This document shows, piece by piece, positions 34,686 through 47,562 of a DNA stretch of 63,187 bases. The stretch comes from Carcharhinus longimanus (Eukaryota), in assembly GCA_030264375.1 (NCBI GenBank), contig JASCQW010000132.1, positions 115,285,891 through 115,349,077 of the forward strand, read 5' to 3'. The notes beneath the pieces were generated by a model. It was not told where the DNA came from and ran no database searches. It saw nothing but the letters and a program-made list of their open reading frames with translations. The translations under genes and the position numbers were made by a program. The first letter of the stretch is position 1, and each line of letters starts with the position of its first letter.

Positions 34686-37600
34686 GAGGGTTTCTTCAAT
34701 TGCCCTCAGATAACCGGGAGAAGAAGCCATGGTTCCTGCTCCTTGCCACCATCCATTAATCCTGTCAGAAGGTTTACACATATTGATAGAATTGGAGATG
34801 GCTGTGATGACCTCTGTCCATGGTTAAAATGTCTGTAGTTGGACTCGGTGTGCCTCGCTTTGCACAAGAATCATCATCACCAGGGCAAAATACTGTCATA
34901 CTCTCCTACAGCATGATTCCTTTCCTTCATGATAGAAGGTTGAGCAATAGAAAAAAAAACATAAATTTTTTTTTTACAAAGTCCAGTAATTTAATGCACA
35001 GGTGTATTCCTTAATGCCTTATCCCAAATGAGCACGAATGACTTCATCATGTAGTGCGATATTTTGTTTCTTATGGGCGAATGGTTCTGGAATGTTGTGC
35101 ATACCATGGTCCCACTGGCTGATGATTTACACCAGGTTAAGCAATTTGACTACTATTAACATCTAACGATCAGCGCCTTCGATGATACGAAGAGTGCCCA
35201 GGGAATAACGCTTCTGTGCACAGGAGCAGAACGTTCCTTCTAAGCTTAACATTTTTCCATTCTATCAGTAAATGTTGGCATTCAATCTCTGCCCAAATTA
35301 AGTCAGGCACACTGCGGCCCTTTTTAACTTTTGTGTTATTCATAGACACATTAAAAGTCTGTTTGTTTGTTGGATTCTTTAAAAAAAATTATGCATCTTA
35401 AAGTGGAAATTCAGGCTAAAAGTTACATCTACCACAACTAATAACACAGTCTTGAAAAGCTTTTTGCCTGCATAAGCTTAAATGTATTGCATCAATTAAG
35501 GTTAAAACCAGATATGGCGTGTACGTAATTAAATGGAGTTGTCTTGATACAGACTTCAGTGACACCTGCTCGTTATAACATTCACTTTATGTTGAATACA
35601 GAACACAATCCCATCGGGTACCTTTATCAAAGTTATTCTCGCAGTGGAAAGCGAAAATCTCTGCATATTAGCTTACCAAACAGAGCATCTTACAGTAATA
35701 TCCAGATGTTGAATGCAGTTATGGGTATCATTGCAAAAATATTGCCAGAGGGTTGCAGCAAATCCCAAGTCAAAGGTGATATTATATATTATGATTTGGT
35801 CAGTTTCAAAAACCCCAGAATAAGCAATTGCTGGCAGAAAATTGCAGTAATTGCAACTTTTATGAACCCTTGCCCATTAGTTTGGTGCGTTTATCCATTG
35901 AGTAGCTGGCACATATGAGGCCAAGAAAGTCCTAGATTTGGTTCTTGGTCTGCTTTGAGATAAACTGTTGTCTGCTGGTGTAGCATGTGATTGTCTTCCC
36001 TGAGGGTTGGGAATTGGAACGGAATTCCACCCTTGGTCACTATCCAGAAGATCTCTGCATAAAGTGCAGGTGTGTATACATGGTTAGTTTTGTGCCGTGA
36101 ACATGCAGTTAGGAAACCTACTAATTGGATGAGGTGCCCAAAATGAATGTTCATAAGAAGTCAATATGTTACTTTGAAAAATTATAAATAGGTGTCAATA
36201 TCTACATCCACTATCAGCATGCAACATTGGAACTGTGCACTTTGAATTTAAAAGTGTAACACCCTTTTCTAATTCTGTCAAACTTAGTATACTTGTGAAT
36301 GAAGCGAATGTGGTGGTCATTACTAAAGATTTGACATCATACAGCATAATCTGTATGGTAACAGTTTGCAAATTGTTAATGAATCCTTTCACCTTTCTGT
36401 TCTTAACAATTTTGACTCAGCCTGTCTTCATGCCTGCACTGCAGTTCACATTCATGGCAGTATTTGCCTTTAAGCCCCTAGTAATGCCCGTATTAATCAG
36501 TTACTACTTGTCTGCCGAGCTTCTTGATAACATGTGCCTTTATGCTCTTAAATTGGATGTTTGTACCTGACTGTACAATATCACAGCACTGCCATTTCCT
36601 TATTGTGAATGTTAGCATATATCATTTATATTGAACATACTGGCAGCCTGCACCACCATCAAGGTCCCAAAATTGACTCCTATAATAAAATTAAAGATAG
36701 GTAATATAAGTAATACCCTGGATTGATTATAAGCTTGTAGTGTAGTCTGGAGATTCAGATAATTCTTTAAAACAGTGTACCCTTTGCTTATATCATTATG
36801 ATACCCTCTGAAGTTACTGCCTTATAATCACTAACAGGTGTCTGCCATTCTCTACATAATTTACTCATAAAGGTACAGACTGGGTTAGTGGTAAATCTCA
36901 AGTGCTTGAGTTATTTATATTGTGCATTTGACCTATAATTTTAAGAAAGCTGTTTTTGGGGCAAGTAAAATTTTAAAAGGTACTTTTCAGTACATGACGC
37001 ATGCAGATTAGGACCCTGAAATGTGGCTCCTGGGTGTCACTGGACATCTTAAACTTCCAAAATGTTTTTGATCATAGCTATGTTTACAATCTAAAGCGTA
37101 ATTAGGTAATGAAAGGAACCAGAAATAGCTGATACCTTCCTAGTACTTCTGAGATCAATGAGAAAAAATCTTTGTTTTTAAATTTGTAACCTGGCGCCAC
37201 ATAACTATACTGCATTCCTCAAAGACTTATGCGCAGATATTAAAGCACTTTTTGCTGCCTTCATGATTGTATATTAAATGTAAATCCCATTTACAAAACC
37301 ACTGTTTTGTTTCCTTAACACACTTTTCCTGAAGTCAAAAATACTAAGAAAGGGAAATTCTGCCACAGTCAATCTCAAATGGTTTGAATTAACTAGCTGC
37401 AACTAAGTGCCTTCTCATTATTCACTAAAGAGGCAGGAAAGGTGCTTTGGAGAATAAATACAGTTGCTTTGTTTCATGTTGCTTTTTGTTTCATGTTTGT
37501 GAACGTCAGAACAGGCGTGAGCCATTCAGGTCCTCAGCCGAGCCCTGCCATTTAGTTAGACCATAGCTGATCTGTTTCTTAATTCCGTCCATCCATCGCC

Positions 37601-37829
37601 CAGAGGCTAAAATGGTTGAGGGTCTGCCTCCCAACCATAAAGATGCAACTTTCAATCCACGACCAGCTGCCTCTTAAAAATCTCAGACGGGCGAAGAGAA
37701 ATATTTGGTAAAGATATTTTTGTCATCTTTTGGTCTATCTCTAGAAGCAAGAGAGATGATTCATCTGAGGTTGGGCAAAACAGTAAATCGCTGCTGTCCA
37801 ACTTGGTCTGCTGTAAATCACACTTCCTC

Positions 37830-38830
37830 CTGACTAGTCAGCGTGCTTGAATGATTGGAGTAGAAGTATGCAGTATAGATGGTTTCTGCAGCTTATTGAC
37901 AAGAGGAGTTTTATTACTGGTCTGCAAAGGTCTGCCCATGTGAAAATAGTAATGAGAAAGTAAAGTACTGAAACAAAAAGTTCTCCTAATTGTTGCCCAT
38001 AATAACTTTTCACACTGTCACATAAAGCCACTTCACACTCTCTCTCTATCTCTCTACTCCCGCTCTCCCCTCTCTCTCCCCCAGGCCCTTGTTGCTAATA
38101 CACTGATGAGTACCACAGTTTGAAGATTTTGAGGGCTGTGAGACTTATTCCCCTGCTGCCCTCCTCCCCCAGCATTACTCCAGCCCAGAAGCTTCTTCAT
38201 ATGGAATGTGCAGCAAGATAGCAAAATGTAAATTTCAAACTCCACCAATTACGAAGAGTATTATCGAATTAAATTAATGACTTTCGACATCCATCATGTT
38301 GTTGTCTCTGTAATCTTCTTATGCCAGTCACAGCCGCTGATTCTGGCATGAACAAAAAGATGGTAATTCCATGCTCAGAATGGAATCATGCTTTTCTTTA
38401 AGATCAGAAGGTCCCTTGACTGCTGAGAATATCTGCCAGTTCATAACGAGCCTGAGGATTGGCTGGAGGTCACAGTGCAGCCTTGACAGGAGTCTATGTG
38501 TTTTTTTATTTTCACAAAAGGACTGTGAACCACTAAATCCTGTTATCATCTCTGTTTGCACAGTGCTCCTTCGCCTAAGTGTCTTCGCATTGCTTCTTGG
38601 CTTGTTTAGCAAGCAGGCTGATGACAGCCTAAGCAGTAGATTTACAATGACAGGGTCAACTAATATCTGGGACGGAGCTGTCACCATTTTTAGCAATTAC
38701 TTGAAGATGAGCCCTGGCTGTCTACCAATTTTAGTCAGAAGAACACTGTCTTGTTAAGAACAAGAAACCAAATGCAAAAGAGTTCAGGATGTGCATTGTA
38801 CAATGACACAGGACAACATTTTGAAAATTG
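37830..38830. promoter_or_regulatory. Candidate conserved enhancer cluster
   Basis: Five TGACAG/CTGTCA sites, attaaattaatga, and the palindrome cattgtacaatg. Confidence 0.45.
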
Positions 38831-39210
38831 TTTTCCCTAATATTTGTTTTATCTTTCATTTTCCCAACAACTTCATTTTAAATAAAGTGATTTGTCACAC
38901 ACAGTTCCGATGAAGGTAATTAGTTGAAGATTAAGTTAGTTTTTAAGTGAGTTTCCTTTGTGCTGTTTCAAATGCGAGACAATGGCTTCAAATGTAATCC
39001 ATACAATTGTGATGTGTCCCATTCAGACAGAGAACAGCTATTTGCACTTCAAAGTTAGTCATGTGATGTACATACAAATATACCAAATAGAGGTAGAGGT
39101 AGGTCATTGGCCCCTTGAGCCTGCTCCATCATTCAATAAGCTAATGGCTGATCTGTTTGCGTTTGAAATTCTAGATTCCCATCTACCCCTGATAACCTTG
39201 GGCTCCCTTG

Positions 39211-39553
39211 TCATAGAATTCCTACAAGAGCCTATTCGCACATCAATTCTGCACTGACTCTTTGACAGAGTATCCTACCCAAACCCACTCCCCTGCCTAT
39301 TCCTGTAACCCCACACATTTACCATGGCAAATCCATCTAACCTAAACATCTTGGGATACTAAGGGGCAATTTAGCATGACCAATCCGTCTAACTTGCACA
39401 TCTTTGGACTGTGGGATGAAACCAGAGCACCCGGAGGAAATCCACACAGACACGGAGAGAACGTGCGAACTTCCCACAGTCACCCGTGGCCGGAATTGAA
39501 CCTGGGTCCCTGGAGCTGAGAGGCACCAGTACTAACTACTATGCCACTGTGCC
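39211..39553 (-). mobile_element. HE1/V-SINE nested in CR1
   Basis: Full head, core and tail. CR1 resumes at ~39556. Confidence 0.9.
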
Positions 39554-40377
39554 ATCTAGTGTCTAGTGAGAATCTATCTACCTCTGCCTTTAAAATATTC
39601 AATGATCCTGCTCACTTCTCCTTCCGAGGCTGAGTGTTCCAAAGTTGCACTATCTTCTGGGAGAAAAGATTTCTCTTCATTTCTGTCCTATAAGAGTGAC
39701 CCTTAATTTTAAAACAGTGTCCTCTAGTTATGAACTCACCCACAAGAGGAAACATTCTTTCCACATCCACCTTGTCAAGACTATTCAGGATTTTATATAT
39801 TTCAATCTAGTCACTCCTCACTTCTAAACTCCAGTGGATCAACCTATCGCCATAAAACAACCTGCTTATTCTACGTATCAGTCAAGTAAACTTCCTTTGA
39901 ACCGCCTCTAAAGTATTTGTATCCTCCTTTGAATAAGGAGACCAAAACAGTAAATACCATTCAAGTTGTAATCTCACCAATGACCCGTACAACTGAAATA
40001 TAACATCCTTACTTTTATATTCAATTACTCTCATAATAAAGGATAGCATTCTATTCATCATCTTAATTACTTGCTGTACCTGCATGCTAACTTTTTGTGA
40101 CTCATGCAGTAGAACATCTAAATCCTCTACCTCAGAATTCTGTAGTTGCTCTCCGTTCAAGTCATACCCTGCTATTTTTATTTGTCCTGCAAAGTGAACT
40201 TCACATTTTCCCACATTATATGGAGGGGGGAGTGTGTCTCTGCCGTCTGCCCAGGGACAGCTGACAGGGTCTCCGGTGTCCCGGCACAGAGGGACAAAGG
40301 CACTTTCTCATTATTATAACGTGCTGATAAATGGTCCCTTTGTCACTCCACTGCAACCCAGATCCCCCCACCCCACC

Positions 40378-40429
40378 CTCTCTCTCTCTGTCTCTCTGTG
40401 TCTCTCTGTCTGTCTGTCTCTCTCTCTCT
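40378..40429. repeat. (CT)/(CTGT) simple repeat running into a gap
   Basis: Seen directly in the sequence. Confidence 0.9.
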
Positions 40430-42449
40430 NNNNNNNNNNNNNNNNNNNNNNNNNNNNNNNNNNNNNNNNNNNNNNNNNNNNNNNNNNNNNNNNNNNNNNN
40501 NNNNNNNNNNNNNNNNNNNNNNNNNNNNNATTTTTGCCCACTCATTCAACCTGTCTGCTTCACAACATAATTTCCTACCTGTCTTTGTCACCTGAAAATT
40601 TCACTGTCATGCTTTCACACCACGCATCTGAGTCATTGAAATAATTTGTAGAAAGGTGAGGCCTCAGCACAGACTGCTGTGGGAGTAATCTTGCCAATCA
40701 GACAAAGACACATCTATGATGCTTTCTGTTTTCTGCCAGCCAGCCAATATTCTAGCCAAGCCAATATGTTACCCCCTACACTTAAAGCTTTCATTTTCTG
40801 CAATAGCCTTTGATGCGGTACCTTTATCAAATGCCTTCTGGAAATCCAGGTATAGTACATTGAAAGGCTACCCTATATCCACAGCGCATCCTACTCCTTC
40901 AGGGAACACTAATAAATTGGTTAAATGTGATTTTTCCTGATTACCTCAAGATTTTCTAATTGCCCAGCTTGAACCTCTTTTGATGATTGATCCTAACATC
41001 ATCTCCATGGCAGATGTCAAACTCACTGGCCTCAATTTTCCTGTGTTCTGCCTCCCTCCCTTCTTGAATATTTCTAGTCTGACTGAATCCTTCCAGAATT
41101 TAGGGAAATTTGGAATATTAGCACCAACACACCCACTATCTCATTAGCCACCTTTTTTAAGATGAAGTCCATTTGGACCTGGAAACTTGTCAGCTCATAG
41201 CCCCATCAGCTTCCTCAGTATCACTTCCGCTGTAATTGCAATTTTATGAAGTTCCTCTCTCCCTCTCGCCTCCTGATTTACAGCTGTTACAGAAATGTTT
41301 TTTGTATCCTCTATAGTGAAGACAATGGCAAATATTTGTTAATTTCATCCTTGTTATCTGTTATTAACTCCCCATTCTCCCTGTCTAGAGGACTGTCACT
41401 CATTTTGCTTTGTTCCTTTTAAATACCTATAGAAACTCTTGCTATTCATTTTTTTTACATTTCTAGCTAGCTTCCATTCATTTTGTTTTTCCTCATTAAC
41501 CTTTCAGTCAATCCCTGCCTTTTATAATCTGACCTCCCACTCGTCTTTGCACAGTTATATGCTTTCCTTAAGTTTGATGCTTTCTTTAACTTCCTGAGTT
41601 AATTATAGATATTGGACCCCCCCCTTAGGATTATGATAGAAATATAATTATTCTTTGAATTCTGAAATATCCCCTTAAATATCTACCATTGCTTCTCTAT
41701 TTATCTATTCTCTAGCCTTGTATCCCTGTTCATTTCAGCTAGGTCAGCTTTCATGCCTTTATTCAAGTTCACAATTCTAGCCTTAGATCCATTCTTCTCC
41801 CTTTCAAACTGAATGTAAAATTCAATCATATGTGATTGCTGCTACCCAGGGGTGCTTAACTCTGGGGTCATTATTAATCATCTCACATCACGCAATATCA
41901 AATCTAATATAACCTGCTCTTTGGTTGGTTCCAGAACGAGCTGTTCTAAGAAACTATTTTGAAAGCATTCTATGAACTTCTCATCCAAGCTACTACTGCC
42001 AGTTCGATTTTTTCGGTTTGTGTAAATTAAATTCACGCATGATTATTGATATCCCTTTGTAACAAGCACCTAATATTCCTTGTAGATTTTGTCCTACATT
42101 GCAGTTACTGTTAGAGAGTCTATAGACCACTTCCACTGGTGACTTTTTTCCCCTACAATTCCTCATCTTCACCCAAATTGATTCCATCCTAATCTCCAGT
42201 GCCTACAACGCAAAACCCATTTCTCCTCCGCCTGTCTTTGTGTCATATATTCAACTCTCTAATTTTATATACCCAATGTTAATTTGCACGTGGCTCAGGT
42301 ATTAACCAGACATTATAATTATTGAGGTTCTGCCTTTTAATTTAGTGCTTAGCTCCTCATATCCCCTATGCCTCTTTCCTAGTTCTACCCAGGTCATTGA
42401 TTACCAGGACAACTGGATCCCACTGCAAGTTCTTCTCCAGGCCTGGTTC

Positions 42450-43030
42450 GCCCATGCCATCACTATAGTTAAGAAAGCTTACCAATGCCTTTACTTCCTC
42501 AGAAGACTAAGGAAATTTGGCATGTCAGCTACGACTCTCGCCAACCTTAACAGATGCACCATACAAAACATTTTTTCTGGTTGTATCACAGCTTGGTATG
42601 GCTCCTGCTCTGACCAAGACCACAAGGATCTACAAAAGGTTGTGAATGTAGCCCAATCCATCACGCGAACCAGCCTCCCACCCATTGAGTCTGTCTACAC
42701 TTCCTGCTGCCCCAGCAAAGCCCCAGCATAATTNNNNNNNNNNNNNNNNNNNNNNNNNNNNNNNNNNNNNNNNNNNNAAAAAGATACAAAAGTCTGAGGT
42801 CACATACCAACTGACTCAAGAACAGCTTCTTTCCTGCTGCTGTCAGACTTTTGAATGGACTTAACTTGGATTAAGTTGATCTTTCTCTACATCGTAGCTA
42901 TGACTGTAACATTACATTCTGCTCGTTTCCTTCTCTATGAATGGTATGTTTTGGCTGTAAAGTGTGCAAGAAATAATTCTTTTCACTGTATGTTAATGCA
43001 TGTGACAATAATAAATCAAATCAAATCAAA
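42450..43030 (+). mobile_element. Rex1/Babar LINE 3' fragment nested in CR1
   Basis: IVKKAYQCLYFLRRLRKFGMS with an (aaatc)n tail. Confidence 0.9.
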
Positions 43031-46000
43031 AATGTCCCAAATCATAGCATTGGGCAGGCAACACGCCCGTCAGGTATCTTGCTCTTTGTTGCAGAGAAAA
43101 GTGTCAATTCCCTTCATTGCACTGTCTCCTACCATCACTACATTCCTTTTTGCTCCCTCATCCCCCGCTTGAATGACTTTCTGTACCATGGTCAGTTTGG
43201 TCATCTGCCCTGCAGACCCCACTCACATCTAAACAAGCTGAGAGAACTTCAGACCTGTAAGAGGCTGACCCATTCAGTCACACCCTCCTGTCCCTGACTA
43301 CTGACAGACTCAGAAGGCGCCATCCTAAGTGGTGTCACCGTCTCCTGGTGCAAAGTATCCACAGAATTTTTCCCCTCCCTGCAATACCTGCAGCTCAGCC
43401 TCCAGCTCAGTGACTCGGAATTGAAGTTCCTTAAGTCACAAACGCTTGCTGGAGGCATATTTGCCCTAGATCACAATGGTATCCAGGATTTCCCACATGC
43501 TGCATCCTTGACACATCATCTGTCGTGCCATTCTTAATATGTTTTAATTAGTTAATTATATTATGCACCACTTTATGTTGCTTTTTATATATTCCATTTG
43601 CTTTGCCATCAGTCTGTGTACTATTTTAAACTGTTAAGAATAGAATAGACCTTTACCATTTATCAGATACTCTCAAACAGCTAGCTCCTTTCTGTGTATT
43701 AGAGTAATAACCAATTCCTAGAGTGAAAAAGACAGAAAAACAAATAGAAACAAACACCTCTTCCCCCAACACCCCCCACTCACCAAATTCCAAATATGCT
43801 CTGTACTCATTTGCCAAAGAATTCTGTATTTATAACCAAATTAACTGAGGTCAGACAAAGCAGATTCAATCAGTTAGCTCTTTAACTATGCAGCTCTCAC
43901 ATCAGAGTGTGTTTATCTTGTCTAAGCTGCAAGGAAGAAAAAACCTTAGTCTGTTTATATAGTACTTTCCAGTTACTGCTAATTACAGACTAGATTTGAT
44001 TTTAACAGCAAATTTTAAGAAGAGAATTAACACTTTAATCTTCCACACTCCCAAACTGTTAAGTATGCACTCAGTTCCTCAGCTCCACTTGTTTGTAAAC
44101 TCAGTTTGAATGTGTGGTACCCATCAATTCATCTTGAGCCATTTGGGATGTGTACAGTTGAGATTGTGTCAGCCTGAATCCAGTTATTAGTGGCTACATT
44201 TTTTCTGTTTCTCTAAGAGAAGCTTTTTTCTGTGTAACATTAATCAAAACAGTAGCTGCGCAAGATTATTNNNNNNNTGAGCTTGGTCCAACCCAAATCC
44301 ATTAGTAGAAATAATCAAAATTCATTGATTATGATGTAGCTGTAATTATTTTCAAAATTTTTGCAGCAGCTAACATGTACAACTGATTTATTTTTCTATT
44401 CTGCAGTGCAGAGGATATCACTAGTATTCCATGGAGAAAATGTTCATTTGCCCACATGGTTCAGAGCAAAGCATGTCATAAGTCTAAAAGAGATCGCATT
44501 CTACCAGTTTAAGGAATTACTGTTCCTGGGGCAGCAGGATGCACTGCATTTTTCACTTTCATCCCTTGTCACTTCCATCCCTTGTCACTTTCATGCACCA
44601 GCAGTCACATCCATAATCATCTTCTGCAAGCCCATGTGTTATCTTATTGTTTGTTCATATCTTCCCCTCCCTTGTCTCTTTACAAAAGTTTCTCATGTAT
44701 AGCCTTAAAAATAATGTTTTTGGCTCATTTTCATTAAAACATTTTAACGTGGGAGCAAGTCACAGAGTTGCAGTAAAAAACAAAAAAAAACTCCTCCTTC
44801 CACTTTTCAGTCCATATCGACTATTTTTGGTAAAAGCACCAGGGAAAAACTTGGCTCCTCTGGGACCTTTGAAATTCTTTATTTGCTAACTTAAAAAAAC
44901 CACTGTATTAGAAATATCAGCAAATATTTAGAGCTGTCTCTCATGACAGAAACATGTTGAGAATTGGTTGCAGATGACATTGGTAAATGCCAAGTTACTC
45001 ATTTGTATAATGATTTAGAGAGTTCTTGAGAAAGTGACATCAGAACTGTAAAGAAAGATGATATTTTCTGAACTAAAATGGATTTAGCTTCTTTTTTTAA
45101 AACCAAGCATCTAATGATGTCAGTCTTCATTAATAGATAAATGAGATAATCAAGGGATGCTAGTCATCTAAAGCCTACTTTAAGTTTTTACTTTCATTTA
45201 GGAAATCAAACTGAAGTCAGGTAGCAGATCATCAGGAACCATCAGTTGGCAATACCAATGGTTTTTAACAAAAAAATTATATCATAGTAAACCAATAACT
45301 CAGTGTGATGTATAGTACTTAAAGGATATTTGCGAAAGAGCTAAAATTGAGAAAGGTAATGAATTATTTCATCATTTGAACTTTGTTCTTTCCTTCCAAA
45401 ATCTATTGATAGCAACATACAAAAACAATGTTAAGTTATTATCAAAGATCATCTTCAAGGGGCTTCACCATTCTAGGAATCATTGATCGTATCTTTGTCC
45501 ATGAAAAAGACAGAAGTAATGGGAATATATGGCTGGAAAATATGCCACTCTTCTGAAGCCTTTAAGATGTGCTTGAATTTTTAATGGGAGTTGGGGTGTG
45601 TGGGGTGCGGGAGTGGGCAGGGGTTGTGGGGCAGCCTGGTTAACAGACTGGAGAGGAACCAAATCAAATTTTTGAAGGCAGGAACAGGAAAAGCAATTGG
45701 TCTGGGATTTTGGTGCACTGCTGTACGGAACACTGTGGGGAGCCATTATTTACTGGGTCTTCTGATTTAAAATCTTGTGGGGAAAGAGGATAGTCAAACT
45801 GAGGTGCTCATGCATTGACAAAGTTGACGTAATTTGAGCAGCGATTAAGTGCCTGATGAATGAACATTTGGGCACTTATTTGGACAGAGTGGCTGCTGAC
45901 CTTCTGAAAACCTGCCAGTTCCATTCCTCCAAGTCATAGCTGCCTGCCATCTGCCTATGAAAATCACTGTCCAGGCTTCACCTGGCATTTCTAATAGTCA

Positions 46001-46181
46001 CTGAACTTTCCATCAATCCGAGGAGCACCTGCATTTAAGAATCACATTGCGTCACTGACACAGTGCAAAATGAAACCCAAAATGATTTGGGTATTGGATG
46101 CTTAGTCCCCAGATTGAAAATCCAGCCCTTGGAGTCAAAACGTAATGTAATGCCCTTTGACAAAACCTGTGAAGCATCCTC

Positions 46182-46300
46182 AGAATCATAGAATCCCTAC
46201 TGTGCAGAAGGAGACAATTCAGCCCACCGAGTCTGCACCGACTTTCTGACAGATCATCCCACCCAGTCCCTATTCCCAGAGCCCCACTTCGTTTGATCCT
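46182..46300 (-). mobile_element. 5'-truncated HE1 tail
   Basis: agaatcatagaatccctactgtgcagaaggag. Confidence 0.75.
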
Positions 46301-46325
46301 GCATTTAGTTTTAAGTTTATTTATT

Positions 46326-47272
46326 AAAGAGCAAAGAACAGTACAGCACAGGAACAGGCCCTTCGGCCCACCAATTCTGTGAAGATACAGATACCTCTCC
46401 AATCTAATATTTTCTTGCCTCTGCAAAGGTCCATATCCCTCTATTCTCTGCCTATCCGTATATCTATCCAGATGCCTCTTGAATGTTGTTATAGAATCTG
46501 CTTCCATCACCTCCTCCAGCAGTGTGTTCCAAGCATTCACCTTGTCCCTTGCGTCTTTTTTGAACTTCCTCCTCTCACTTTCAACCTGTGCCTCTGAGTA
46601 ATTGACCTTTCAACCATGGGAAAAAGACTCTGACTATCCACTCTATCCAAGCCTGTCATAATCTTGTAAACCTATACCAGGTCCTTCCTCATCCTCTGAT
46701 GCTCCAGTGAAAACAATCCAAGTTTGTTCAACCTTTCTTCATAGTCCATATCCTCCAAACCAGGCAACATTTTGGTAAATCTCTTCTGAATTCTTTCCAA
46801 TGCATCAACATCCTTCCATAGTGTGGTGACCAAAATTGTACACAATATTCCAAATGTCTTATACAGCTGCAGCATGATTTTCCAATTCCTATACTCAACA
46901 CCCCAACCGATGAAGGCCAGCATGCCATATGCTTTCTTGACCACCTTGTTGCCACCTTCAGGGACTGTGGATCTGCACACCTAGATCCCTCTGTATGCTA
47001 ATATTTCTAAGGGTTCAACCATTTACTGTATATCTTCCTCTGCTTTGACCTTCCAAATCGCATCACCTCACATTTGTCCAGATTAAGTTCTATCTGCCAT
47101 TTTTCGGCCCAGGTCTCCAGCTGATTTATATTCTGCTGTATCCTCTGACAATCCTCCTGAGTATCTGCTATTCTCCTAATTTTTGTGTCATCTGCAAATT
47201 TACTAATCAGACCACCTACATTTTCCTCCAAATCATTTATACCACAAACAACAGAGACCCCAACACTGATCC
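46326..47272 (-). mobile_element. CR1 LINE RT and 3' end
   Basis: LISKFADDTKI (ORF 47007-47231) and [12 protein letters not shown]. Confidence 0.92.
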
Positions 47273-47276
47273 TTGC

Positions 47277-47562
47277 ATTAGTGTTACATTAACACTACAA
47301 TGAAGTTACTGGGGAGATCCCCTAGTTGCCATACTCCGGTGTCTGTTCAGGCACACAGAGGGCGAATTTAGCATGGCCAATGCATGTAACTAGCACGTCT
47401 TTTGGACTGAAAGAGGGAACTGGAGCACTCAGAGGCAACCCATGTACAGCCAGACGGACAATGTGAAGTCCCTGCACAGACAGTGACCCAAGCCAGGAAT
47501 CAAACCCGGACCTCTGGCACTGTGAGGCACTAGTTCTAACCACAGTGCCACCACGCCACCCA
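47277..47562 (-). mobile_element. V-SINE with Rex1-like tail, split by the CR1
   Basis: The tail end taagtttatttatta lies at ~46312-46326, on the far side of the CR1. Confidence 0.8.

Larger units (their letters stand above)
39075..43530 (-). mobile_element. Near-full-length degenerate CR1 LINE with nested insertions
   Basis: 3' tail at 39075, RT (ORF 39882-40214), APE (ESIWVKMRNCRGKK..VVYR, 41993-42187), ORF1-like DTLHQETVTPLR (43249-43458). Confidence 0.85.

Noticed and set aside
33602-34699. Long ORFs of 333-361 aa
   Set aside because: Artefacts of an N gap.
38328-38757. Overlapping 122/128-aa ORFs
   Set aside because: No homology recognised and no exon structure. Better explained as non-coding DNA.
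45846-45878. Hairpin taagtgcc/ggcactta containing CTGATGA
   Set aside because: No GAAA or cleavage triplet in the right geometry. Probably part of a MITE-like relic.
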